Below, one piece after another: positions 38,253 to 47,507 of a stretch of 51,601 bases of DNA. The stretch's first letter is position 1. Each line of letters begins with the position of its first letter. The notes below the pieces were generated by a model. The model made no database searches, was not told the DNA's origin, and saw only the letters and a list, made by a program, of their open reading frames with translations. The DNA lies in sequence record DRR723986_17763; one strand, 5' to 3'. The translations under genes were made by a program, and so were the position numbers.

Positions 38253-41072
38253 ATGCCTAAAGATAGCAGCATCAAGCACGTTCTCATCATTGGTTCAGGT
38301 CCCATCGTTATTGGTCAAGCTTGCGAATTTGATTACGCAGGCTCCCAAGCATCCAGGTCTCTTCGTGAAGAAGGTATCACTGTGACGCTGATCAATTCCA
38401 ATCCTGCAACGATCATGACCGATCCGGTCACAGCAGATAATGTGTATTTGCTCCCTTTGGAAAAGAAATCCATCGTACAAATCCTCAAAGATCATCCAGA
38501 CATCGATGCCGTCCTTCCTACCATGGGTGGACAGACCGCGTTGAACCTTGCAATAGATTGCGACAAAGGTGGCGTGTGGGATAAATATGGTGTCAAAATG
38601 ATCGGCGTTGATATCGATGCGATTGATACTGCCGAGAACCGTGAAAAATTCAAAGCGCTGATGGAAAAAATCGGCGTGGGCGTATGTAAAGGTTCCACAG
38701 CTACATCTTTTCTTCAGGGAAAAGAAATCGCACAAGAAATTGGTTTCCCATTGATCATCAGAGCTTCCTACACCTTAGGTGGAGCAGGTGGTGCATTTGT
38801 GGAAACTGCAGAAGAATTTGAACAAGCGCTTTCTGCAGGTTTGCAGGCATCTCCAGTTCACGAAGTATTGATCGAGCAGAGTATTCTCGGATGGAAAGAA
38901 TACGAGCTGGAAGTAATGCGTGACAACATCGGTAACATGATCGTGATCTGTTCTATTGAGAACTTTGATCCTATGGGTGTGCATACAGGTGATTCTATCA
39001 CAGTGGCACCTGCGATGACCTTACCTGATACCACGTTTCAGCGCATGAGAAACTATGCGATCACGATGATGAATAGCATCGGGAATTTTGCAGGTGGCTG
39101 TAACGTACAGTTCGCTGTAAGCCCTGATAACTCTGAAATTATCGGTATCGAGATCAACCCTCGAGTTTCCCGCTCTTCAGCTTTAGCTTCTAAAGCGACT
39201 GGATACCCAATCGCGAAAGTAGCTGCTAAACTGGCTATAGGATATAATCTGGATGAGTTGAAAAACTCTATTACCGGAACAACTTCAGCATTTTTTGAGC
39301 CTTCCATAGATTACGTAATTGTAAAAGTTCCTCGCTGGAACTTTGATAAATTCAAAGGTGCCGACCGAAGACTAGGTCTATCGATGAAGTCGGTAGGTGA
39401 GGTAATGGGAATCGGAAGAAATTTCCAGGAAGCCCTACAGAAAGCATGTCAGTCACTAGAGATCAAGAGAAATGGTCTTGGAGCTGATGGCAAAGAGCTG
39501 CGCAATCAGGATGAGATTTTATATTCTTTGGCTAACCCAAGCTGGAATAGACTTTTCCATGTCTACGATGCATTCAAACTTGGGATCTCGTTCAGAACTA
39601 TCCATGATTTGACAAAAATCGATAAGTGGTTCTTGAAGCAAATCGAAGAATTGATTCACTTGGAAAGAGAGATTGAAAAATTCAAATTGGATACTATTCC
39701 GATGGAATTGATGGATCTCGCTAAGCGAAAAGGGTATGCGGATCGTCAAATCGCACACTTGCTTGACTGCTTGGAAAGCGAAGTTTTTGACAAGCGCTAC
39801 ACAGAAATGGGTATCAAGCGAGTTTATAAGTTGGTTGATACTTGCTCGGCTGAATTCGAAGCGAAGACTCCATATTATTATTCTTCATTCGGTACTGAAA
39901 ATGAGTCAGTAAAATCCGATCGTAAAAAAGTAGTGGTTCTTGGATCTGGTCCGAACCGAGTAGGTCAAGGAATCGAGTTTGATTATTCTTGTGTACACGG
40001 AGTTTTGGCAGCCAAAGAATGTGGCTACGAGACCATCATGATCAACTGTAACCCAGAGACAGTTTCGACTGACTTTGACATTGCAGATAAACTATACTTC
40101 GAGCCAGTTTTCTGGGAGCATATCTACGAAATCATCCTACACGAGCAGCCTGAAGGTGTGATCGTTCAGTTGGGTGGTCAGACAGCTTTGAAGCTTGCTG
40201 AGAAGATGGAGAAATACGGTATCAAAATCATCGGTACTAGCTTTGAAGCGTTGGATTTGGCCGAAGATAGAGGAAGATTCTCCAGCTTATTGAAAGATCT
40301 AGACGTTCCTTATCCTGAATTTGGAACTGTTCATAATACAGATGAAGCGCTTGAGCTTTGTAAGACGATTGGTTTCCCTCTTTTGGTTCGCCCAAGCTAC
40401 GTGCTAGGTGGACAGGGTATGAAGATCGTGATCAACGAAAAAGAACTTGAGCAGCATGTGGTGGATGTCTTGAGAGATATTCCTAACAATGAAATTTTGC
40501 TTGATCACTTCCTAGAAGGAGCTATTGAAGCAGAAGCTGATGCGATTTGTGATGGTGAAAATGTGTACATCATAGGTATCATGCAGCACATCGAGCCTGC
40601 TGGAATTCACTCTGGTGATTCCTACGCTGTGCTTCCTCCATACAACTTGGGAGATTTGGTGATTCGTCAGATCGAAACCTATACTGAGAAAATTGCCCTT
40701 GCACTGAAAACTGTAGGCTTGATCAACATCCAGTTTGCAATCAAAAATGACAAGGTTTATATTATCGAAGCAAATCCAAGAGCTTCCCGTACGGTACCAT
40801 TTATTTGCAAGGCTTACAGAGAACCTTATGTAAACTATGCCGTAAAGGTGATGTTGGGAGAGAAAAAAGTGACTGACTTTGAATTCAAGCCTTACAAAAA
40901 AGGTTATGCTATCAAGGAGCCAGTTTTCTCTTTCCATAAATTCCCGAAAGTAAATAAAGAATTGGGGCCTGAAATGAAATCAACCGGTGAAGCGATTTAC
41001 TTTATCGACGACCTGATGGATGATTATTTCTTGAAAATCTACGCAGAGAGAAATCTCTATTTGAGTAGATAA
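38253..41072 (+). CDS. carB: Carbamoyl-phosphate synthase large subunit
   Basis: GSGPIVIGQACEFDYAG, NSNPATIMTD, two ATP-grasp halves, GPEMKSTGE. Confidence 0.97.
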   Translation: MPKDSSIKHVLIIGSGPIVIGQACEFDYAGSQASRSLREEGITVTLINSNPATIMTDPVTADNVYLLPLEKKSIVQILKDHPDIDAVLPTMGGQTALNLAIDCDKGGVWDKYGVKMIGVDIDAIDTAENREKFKALMEKIGVGVCKGSTATSFLQGKEIAQEIGFPLIIRASYTLGGAGGAFVETAEEFEQALSAGLQASPVHEVLIEQSILGWKEYELEVMRDNIGNMIVICSIENFDPMGVHTGDSITVAPAMTLPDTTFQRMRNYAITMMNSIGNFAGGCNVQFAVSPDNSEIIGIEINPRVSRSSALASKATGYPIAKVAAKLAIGYNLDELKNSITGTTSAFFEPSIDYVIVKVPRWNFDKFKGADRRLGLSMKSVGEVMGIGRNFQEALQKACQSLEIKRNGLGADGKELRNQDEILYSLANPSWNRLFHVYDAFKLGISFRTIHDLTKIDKWFLKQIEELIHLEREIEKFKLDTIPMELMDLAKRKGYADRQIAHLLDCLESEVFDKRYTEMGIKRVYKLVDTCSAEFEAKTPYYYSSFGTENESVKSDRKKVVVLGSGPNRVGQGIEFDYSCVHGVLAAKECGYETIMINCNPETVSTDFDIADKLYFEPVFWEHIYEIILHEQPEGVIVQLGGQTALKLAEKMEKYGIKIIGTSFEALDLAEDRGRFSSLLKDLDVPYPEFGTVHNTDEALELCKTIGFPLLVRPSYVLGGQGMKIVINEKELEQHVVDVLRDIPNNEILLDHFLEGAIEAEADAICDGENVYIIGIMQHIEPAGIHSGDSYAVLPPYNLGDLVIRQIETYTEKIALALKTVGLINIQFAIKNDKVYIIEANPRASRTVPFICKAYREPYVNYAVKVMLGEKKVTDFEFKPYKKGYAIKEPVFSFHKFPKVNKELGPEMKSTGEAIYFIDDLMDDYFLKIYAERNLYLSR

Positions 41073-41147
41073 TTAGAGCTGAAGTCATAATTCTAAAAGC
41101 TGAATAGGGAACATTAAATTGAATAAAGAATAAAATATTAACCTATT

Positions 41148-41408
41148 GTGTGGAAATTTCTTGTAATAGTACTCGGAGTTGGTTGGCTACTCGGCCAACT
41201 AATCCGATATTTTCTTCGAAGTAAACTAGCGAAATTTGCGCAACATGTGAATGAAGTCGCTAAAGAGGCAGAACGAGAACAAAGAAAAAGTACTCAGACT
41301 TCTAAAGACGGGATTCATGTGGATGTTATTCCGAAAAAATATGCTGAAAAAAGGCAAAAAGATATCAAGGGCGGAGAATACGTCGATTATGAAGAAGTGA
41401 AGGAGTAA
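41148..41408 (+). CDS. DUF4834-like small membrane protein
   Basis: N-terminal TM, C-terminal GEYVDYEEVK; GTG start. Confidence 0.75.
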   Translation: MWKFLVIVLGVGWLLGQLIRYFLRSKLAKFAQHVNEVAKEAEREQRKSTQTSKDGIHVDVIPKKYAEKRQKDIKGGEYVDYEEVKE

Positions 41409-41424
41409 TCCTTCACTTTTTTTT
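41395..41424 (+). terminator. Intrinsic terminator overlapping stop codon
   Basis: AAGTGAAGGA-GTAA-TCCTTCACTT plus T-tract. Confidence 0.75.
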
Positions 41425-41425
41425 A

Positions 41426-42610
41426 TTAAAGCATCCTACACCAGAACACTTTAAAACCACTTTGGGTTTTGGTTCCAATCAAAAAGTCCTCTCCCCCATC
41501 TTTTACACCAAGTTTCTTTTTCAGGACTTCCGAGCCGCTAGCATAATTCCGTGTAATCACATTTACCTTTCCCGTAGGAAAGAGCTTTTTGATTTCAGCT
41601 TTCTTAGTCTGGACTTCCTGAATTACTTTGAATACTCTTGCAGGGATTTCCGTAGGAACTTCAAATGAAGTGTACAGATGACTATTTGGCTCCAGTTTGC
41701 TCAATCCAAATCGCTCTCCAAAAGTTTTAAATGCTCCTGCTTTCAGTACTCCAGAAAAAGGCTCAATCAAATACTTTTCTACTTCTCTGTATTCAGATTG
41801 GCTACTTTCTTCTTCATTCAAATCAAATGAAAAACTGATTTCTTTCGCTCCTAGATCAATAGCTTCAATTGTCAAAGGGGAAGCAGTTGCTTCTTTCTTC
41901 CAATGCAAAAGCAATTCCTTCACTTCATTTTTTACAGAGATTACCTGAACCTTTTGAATGTCTGGAATCTCAGAGACTGCTTGTGAAATATCAAGCATAG
42001 GAGATACTTTCAGTAGGATAGCATCCGCTTTACTTTTCATCATCTCCCAAGAACTGACCACGTCAGGCTCGCAATCCTGAAGCTTGTAAAGCTTTTGATT
42101 ACCTTTTCCCCTGCGAGCTGGATCAGCGTAAATCAAATCAAACTGCTTTTCCGACTGAGCTAAAAATGCTAAGCCATCACCCTTCACTATGTCGAATTTC
42201 TTTGGGGCTAACACTTCGAGGTTGTGCTCAACAATCTCAGCTAACTCTACTTGCTGTTCGCAGTAAATGGCTTTTTCAAAGGCTGTGCTAAGAAAAAAAC
42301 TGTCTACTCCGAAGCCCCCAGTGAGGTCAATCATGAGTTTTCCGGCTCGGTTTCTAGCTTTGAATTCGGCTGTTAGCTCAGATGAGCTTTGCTCCAAAGA
42401 AATAGAAGCAGGAAAAATCACTTGAGGATTAGATGCCCAAGAAGGAAGTTTCTTGGCTGCTTTTTGTCGTGCAGAGATTTGTTGCACAGCGGCTTTTAGA
42501 TCGAAATCAGTTTTGCCCTGATATCTAAAAAGCAAAAGTGCAGGATCTTCCGTAAGATGATCCTGCACAAATTGTTGGAAGTCGGCCCGATGATATTGGG
42601 TCAAATCCAT
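41426..42610 (-). CDS. Class I SAM-dependent methyltransferase with THUMP-like domain
   Basis: SLEQSSS, DLTGGFGVD, YADPARR, KVSPMLD. Confidence 0.82.
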   Translation of the reverse strand: MDLTQYHRADFQQFVQDHLTEDPALLLFRYQGKTDFDLKAAVQQISARQKAAKKLPSWASNPQVIFPASISLEQSSSELTAEFKARNRAGKLMIDLTGGFGVDSFFLSTAFEKAIYCEQQVELAEIVEHNLEVLAPKKFDIVKGDGLAFLAQSEKQFDLIYADPARRGKGNQKLYKLQDCEPDVVSSWEMMKSKADAILLKVSPMLDISQAVSEIPDIQKVQVISVKNEVKELLLHWKKEATASPLTIEAIDLGAKEISFSFDLNEEESSQSEYREVEKYLIEPFSGVLKAGAFKTFGERFGLSKLEPNSHLYTSFEVPTEIPARVFKVIQEVQTKKAEIKKLFPTGKVNVITRNYASGSEVLKKKLGVKDGGEDFLIGTKTQSGFKVFWCRML

Positions 42611-43599
42611 TAAATCAGGCCGTTTGCGAGCGCGTATTCTGCGATTTGCACGGCGTTGGTTGCAGCGCCTTTTCGGAGGTTGTCAGCTACAATCCACATA
42701 TTTAGAGTATTAGCCTGAGACTCATCTCTTCTCAAGCGGCCTACGAATACCTCGTCTTTTTTATGCGCTGTGATCGGCATTGGATAGATGAAGTTTGCTG
42801 GATCGTCCTGTACGATTACACCAGGAGCTGCAGCCAGCAATTCACGGACTTCCGCCAGGTCAAAGTCTTCTTTGAATTCTACGTTAACTGCTTCAGAGTG
42901 TCCACCCATAGTTGGGATTCTCACTGTGGTGGCAGTTACTTGGATTGTGTCGTCGCTGAAGATTTTCTTAGTTTCCTTGATCATTTTCATTTCTTCCTTC
43001 GTGTAGCCATTTTCTTGGAACACATCGATGTGAGGAAGTACATTCATGTCAATTTTGTGAGGATAGACCATGTCTGCCTTTTCTCCTGCACGCTCTGCCA
43101 TCATCTGATCTACCGCTGCTTTGCCCGTACCGGTCACCGACTGGTAAGTAGACACTACGATTCTTTTGATGCCGTAGCGGCTACGCAAAGGTTCCAGAGC
43201 TAATACCATTTGAATGGTAGAGCAATTTGGGTTTGCGATGATCTTATCTTCTTTGGTCAATTCCTTGGCATTGATCTCAGGAACGATCAGTTTTTTGGTC
43301 GGATCCATTCTCCAAGCTGAAGAATTATCGATGACAATAGTACCTACTTCAGCGAATTTTGGAGCCCACTCTGTAGAAGTGCTTCCGCCTGCTGAAAATA
43401 TAGCCACTTCAGGTTTCAATGAAACAGCTTCTTCAAGCCCAATAACAGTGTAAGGTTTACCTTTATAATCAATCTGTTTACCTACCGATCGCTCGCTGGC
43501 GACTAATAGAAGTTCGTCAAAAGGGAAATTGTGCTCTGCTAGCACCTCTAGGATTTCTGAGCCTACCAAGCCGGTAGCTCCTACCACTGCTAATTTCAT
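42610..43599 (-). CDS. asd: Aspartate-semialdehyde dehydrogenase
   Basis: VVGATGLVG, DNSSAWR, ANPNCST, STYQSVTG, DNLRKGAATN. Confidence 0.97.
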   Translation of the reverse strand: MKLAVVGATGLVGSEILEVLAEHNFPFDELLLVASERSVGKQIDYKGKPYTVIGLEEAVSLKPEVAIFSAGGSTSTEWAPKFAEVGTIVIDNSSAWRMDPTKKLIVPEINAKELTKEDKIIANPNCSTIQMVLALEPLRSRYGIKRIVVSTYQSVTGTGKAAVDQMMAERAGEKADMVYPHKIDMNVLPHIDVFQENGYTKEEMKMIKETKKIFSDDTIQVTATTVRIPTMGGHSEAVNVEFKEDFDLAEVRELLAAAPGVIVQDDPANFIYPMPITAHKKDEVFVGRLRRDESQANTLNMWIVADNLRKGAATNAVQIAEYALANGLI

Positions 43600-43613
43600 A
43601 TGATTAAAATAGT

Positions 43614-43689
43614 TTTTTAAAGGCCATATGGAATCTCGCTGAATTTATAACATCTCGGAGTGTGAGAAATTATCCATGCTCGATTTCAC
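43614..43689 (+). ncRNA. Structured repeated element, copy 2
   Basis: GGCCATATGGAATCTCGCTG...ATGCTCGATTTCAC. Confidence 0.6.
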
Positions 43690-43705
43690 CAGTTTGAAAT
43701 TTGTC

Positions 43706-43781
43706 TTTCAAAGGTCTGATGGGATCACGCAGAATTTTGGTTCAATTCAATTATTGAATCCTTAATCTTGCTCGATTTCAT
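43706..43781 (+). ncRNA. Structured repeated element, copy 3 (tandem with copy 2)
   Basis: GGTCTGATGGGATCACGCAG...TTGCTCGATTTCAT. Confidence 0.6.
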
Positions 43782-43816
43782 CTCTTTAAAAGTAGTTGTT
43801 GAAAATTTTTGAAGCA

Positions 43817-43824
43817 CAAAAGTA
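43817..43824 (-). promoter_or_regulatory. -7 promoter element for asd
   Basis: TACTTTTG on minus strand, about 220 nt upstream of asd start. Confidence 0.55.
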
Positions 43825-43955
43825 AGAGCTACTGATTCATTTTCAGGCATGAGGCTTAAATATTTTGGTGAAAAAGTAATAAAAGCTAACAAAAAGAATA
43901 GTTTGAGATCATTTTGCTATTTATATTTAGACTACATTTTTTATTTGACTGGTTT

Positions 43956-46478
43956 ATGGTTGGCTTATTTTTTATTTGGCAATTGGTCTATACAGCGGTT
44001 TTCCCAGTTGGGCTAGTGTTTGGCTTTGCTGCGACTAATCAGATTCAGCGTTTCGAAACAGAATTTATTATTATTAATCATCCAAATGAGTTCTTGACAG
44101 GATGGTTTGGCAATGAAATCAGGGCGACTTCTTCCCGAATTTATCAGGCAAATGGTTTTGGAAGAAATGGGAGCAGAGCGTTGGCTGTACAACCGATTTC
44201 TACTTTTGATGGGGAAATTATTATCAGACTTTCTCCATCTGAATTCTCTGATCCTCAAGTGCAATTCTGGGCTAGATCTATGAAAAACGGAACAGGTAAT
44301 AGAGCTGCTCAGGTTTATTTCAGTTGGAGTAATAGTTTGGAGGGTGAGTATTCAAGTGCAGAATTATTGGGTGGAGAAGCTGAATTCGCAAATGAAGATC
44401 AGGATTTCAGGAATTTTGAACTTGATATGCCTGATCGCTTTTCTGGGGATGTAGAAATTTATTTAAAATTGGTAATAAAGTATGGCGCAGGTTCTGGCTC
44501 TTGTGCAAAATGGTTGATGGATGACTTTGAGTTTGGGGGATTTGTAGTGGATAAAATACCCCCAAAGATTACAAAGGTTCGTGGATATGATGAGAAACAA
44601 ATTGAAATTCAGTTTGATGAAGCGGTAGATCCAGTGTTTTCTGAGTTTGCCTTTAATTATAGCCTGAATGAAATAGAACCATCATTTGTGAATAGGAAAT
44701 TGGATTCTTTGGTGTATTTAAGTTTTGATGAAAAGCTTGAGCATGGGAAAAGGTATGAGTTGATGGTCTCCAAGGTTCCAGATCTGGAAGGAAACTTTTT
44801 AAAGGACACAGTGATTTCTTTTCAGTTTTTCGATCCGACTTTTATTCCTTCCAAAACGCTTGTGATCAACGAAATTATGCCTGCTCCGAAAGCAGATCTT
44901 GACTTGCCGAATGTGGAGTTTGTGGAAGTTTTTCATGCAGGCGAATATCCTATTAGGCTTGAAGGGTTGTCATTTTCTAACTCAAGATCTACTGTACTAC
45001 TCACGGGTGAATGGATTGATCCTGGGGATTTCTTTCTTTTGGCACCAGAAAGTCATGCTTCACAATTGAACGAATATGGAAGGGTGATTCCACTTAAGAA
45101 TTGGCCAACACTTTTGAATTCAGGCGATCAATTGTGGTTGAAAGATGATCGAGGAAGTGAAATCGACATGATTTCTTATGCAACGGGCAGTTGGGGAGGT
45201 AGCGAATTTGCTGGTGGTGGATATAGTTTGGAAGTTGCTAATCCATTCTATGCCTGTGAGCAAAGTGATTTGCTGAAAGCTTCGGTAGATCCCCTCCGTG
45301 GAACTCCAGGTCGGCAAAATTCAGTATTTGATTTATCTCCTGACGGAAGCTTACCGGCCCTAAATTTATTTGAATTCACTTCTTCTAAGAGTCTGCTTCT
45401 GACCTTCTCAAAACCGATTTTGGCAGGTTTTGATCAATCAAACTTTAAATTTGAACCAAGCTTGGGGATTGATTCTGTCTTCCATTTATCTTCCAAGCAA
45501 ATTCAGATTCTCGTTTCGGAGGAATTCGTCTTGAATAAGATTTATCATCTCAGTATAAATGGAATTACAGATTGCTCGGGGAATGAATATATCCAAGCTG
45601 AGGCTCTGCTACTAGTACTGCCAATCCAAGCTCAGATTGGAGATGTGCTTATCAATGAGCTGCTTTTTAATCCCAAAACAGGCTCACCAAAATTTGTGGA
45701 ACTGGTTAATGTGACGGAGAATTATATGGAAGTCAAGGATTGGATGCTGGCAAATCTCGATGATTCAGGAGAAATAGACCAGGTGAAAAAAATCAGCGAA
45801 GCTTCAGTAATCATTCCACCCCAAGGTTTTCTAGCGATTACCACCAATGTGGATCAATTGAAGCTGGATTTCCCGAAGTCAGCCTTTGGACAAATTATGC
45901 AACTATCTGCACTTCCTAGCTATCCGATTGCTGGCCAAACAGTAGTTTTATTGGATTCTGCAGGGGAGGCTGCTGATTCTTTTTCCTATTCAGAAGATCT
46001 GCATCATCCGCTTTTGAGGGACCCGAAAGGAGTTTCCTTGGAGCGACTTTCTACAGATTCGCCAGCTTCTTTATCCGATAATTGGCATTCTGCCTCAGCT
46101 ATTGAAGAATATGCAACACCAGGCCGAAGGAATTCTCAGGTGATTTTGGGTGAGTTCGAAGGAGAATTGATTCAAATTGAGCCTGAAGTTTTTGATCCAG
46201 AAGGAAGTAATGGTAATACCTTTACGACTATTAAATATGAACTTGATCAAGCTGGATGGATAGGGAATTTTAGGGTTTACTCTACAGCTGGTCAGTTGAT
46301 GCAGGTATTGGCTCAAAATGAAATGCTAGGTACCTCAGGATTATTTACTTGGTCTGGTACTGACAGTCAAGGAAGGGTAGTGAGGCCAGGATATTATGTG
46401 CTTTTAGTAGAATTATATGACTTATCCGGTCAGATAAGGACAATTCGCAAAACTATGGTTGTGGCAACAAAACTTTAA
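43956..46478 (+). CDS. Lamin-tail-domain / Ig-like repeat protein with T9SS-type C-terminal domain
   Basis: Two INE(I/L)..P..(E/K)FVE LTD units, TPGRxNS repeats, C-terminal FDPEG..FTWSG..GYY; start uncertain (43914 or 43956). Confidence 0.8.
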   Translation: MVGLFFIWQLVYTAVFPVGLVFGFAATNQIQRFETEFIIINHPNEFLTGWFGNEIRATSSRIYQANGFGRNGSRALAVQPISTFDGEIIIRLSPSEFSDPQVQFWARSMKNGTGNRAAQVYFSWSNSLEGEYSSAELLGGEAEFANEDQDFRNFELDMPDRFSGDVEIYLKLVIKYGAGSGSCAKWLMDDFEFGGFVVDKIPPKITKVRGYDEKQIEIQFDEAVDPVFSEFAFNYSLNEIEPSFVNRKLDSLVYLSFDEKLEHGKRYELMVSKVPDLEGNFLKDTVISFQFFDPTFIPSKTLVINEIMPAPKADLDLPNVEFVEVFHAGEYPIRLEGLSFSNSRSTVLLTGEWIDPGDFFLLAPESHASQLNEYGRVIPLKNWPTLLNSGDQLWLKDDRGSEIDMISYATGSWGGSEFAGGGYSLEVANPFYACEQSDLLKASVDPLRGTPGRQNSVFDLSPDGSLPALNLFEFTSSKSLLLTFSKPILAGFDQSNFKFEPSLGIDSVFHLSSKQIQILVSEEFVLNKIYHLSINGITDCSGNEYIQAEALLLVLPIQAQIGDVLINELLFNPKTGSPKFVELVNVTENYMEVKDWMLANLDDSGEIDQVKKISEASVIIPPQGFLAITTNVDQLKLDFPKSAFGQIMQLSALPSYPIAGQTVVLLDSAGEAADSFSYSEDLHHPLLRDPKGVSLERLSTDSPASLSDNWHSASAIEEYATPGRRNSQVILGEFEGELIQIEPEVFDPEGSNGNTFTTIKYELDQAGWIGNFRVYSTAGQLMQVLAQNEMLGTSGLFTWSGTDSQGRVVRPGYYVLLVELYDLSGQIRTIRKTMVVATKL

Positions 46479-46545
46479 ATTTTTATATTCACAACGAAAA
46501 TCCAAAGGATAAAATAGTATCTTAAGAGGCAAACACCCCAAAATC

Positions 46546-46716
46546 ATGGTCAAAGATCTCATTACCGAAGCATTGCAGACGCTTCATCTGCAACATGGCA
46601 AAGACCTCAAAGAGGTTGCCCAATACCTTAAAATGAAATATCGAGTTGAAGTCGGACTATTGGTTCTCCAAAGTCGTCTCAAGAAGGTACTACTTGAGGA
46701 AAAAGCCGTCGCATGA
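46546..46716 (+). CDS. 56-aa small protein, possible HTH (below ORF-track cutoff)
   Basis: MVKDLITEALQTLHLQHGKDLKEVAQYLKMKYRVEVGLLVLQSRLKKVLLEEKAVA; A-rich start context; terminator over stop. Confidence 0.7.
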   Translation: MVKDLITEALQTLHLQHGKDLKEVAQYLKMKYRVEVGLLVLQSRLKKVLLEEKAVA

Positions 46717-46726
46717 TGGCTTTTTT
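46700..46726 (+). terminator. Intrinsic terminator overlapping small ORF stop
   Basis: AAAAAGCCGTC-GCAT-GATGGCTTTTTT. Confidence 0.75.
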
Positions 46727-47120
46727 ATTTTTAGCTGATGAGTTCATGGTCAAATTATAGGGAAAAATATTTTTATGATCTGGAATTTGATAGTGAGTTT
46801 TTCCATTCAAGGGTTCCTGTGTAAGACTATTTCTATGAATTGAGCCAGATGTCGAAAGATGGAATTTGTAGTGTTTTGATTATCAGATTTTTGAAAGAAC
46901 CTTCGGAGATTGCTTTTTCTTTTACTTTTATAAATAGTTATGCGTACCTGGTTTCATGTAGATAGGATCTTCTCGCTAACAGCCTTGATTTTTACTTAAG
47001 CTTGAAATTTTCAAGTAAAAGCTGTGTAATGAATCCTTGTAAATCCAACACGTACATGTATTTTAGAGAACTAATTCTAAAAACAACCGTCCCAATACTA
47101 TTACCTAATTTTAGCTGGTT

Positions 47121-47504
47121 ATGAGCAAGGAAGAAAAGACCGCATATTCTCAGGAAGAATTAAAAGAATTCGAAGTGATCATCTTAAAAAAGCTTGATAG
47201 CGCGAAGGAAGAATTACTTTCTTTGAAAGAATCACTCAGTAAGAAAAATGATAGTGGTACGGATTTCACAGCATCCACCTCGAAATTGCTAGAAGATGGT
47301 GCGGATACACTGGAACGTGAAAGTCAGAACCAACTGGCGGCAAGACAACAGAAATTCATCTACAATCTTGAAAACGCATTGATCCGTATCAAAAATGGAA
47401 CATACGGTATTTGCGTAGATACTGGTAAACTTATTGCAAAGGAAAGATTGATGGCTGTGCCTCATACCATGCATTCCATTGAAGCAAAACTCGCTAAAAA
47501 GTAA
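47121..47504 (+). CDS. TraR/DksA family transcription factor
   Basis: Coiled coil, ALIRIKNGTYGIC..TGKLI.KERLMAVP. Confidence 0.9.
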   Translation: MSKEEKTAYSQEELKEFEVIILKKLDSAKEELLSLKESLSKKNDSGTDFTASTSKLLEDGADTLERESQNQLAARQQKFIYNLENALIRIKNGTYGICVDTGKLIAKERLMAVPHTMHSIEAKLAKK

Positions 47505-47507
47505 ATT

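Noticed and set aside
43614-43781. CRISPR array or lysine riboswitch upstream of asd
   Set aside because: Only two bipartite units and no cas genes; no resemblance to lysine riboswitch size or conserved core
46717-47120. 400-nt intergenic region before DksA-like gene as a possible sRNA
   Set aside because: Only a short CTTGAAA-T-TTTCAAG palindrome seen; no clear promoter-terminator pair or extended structure
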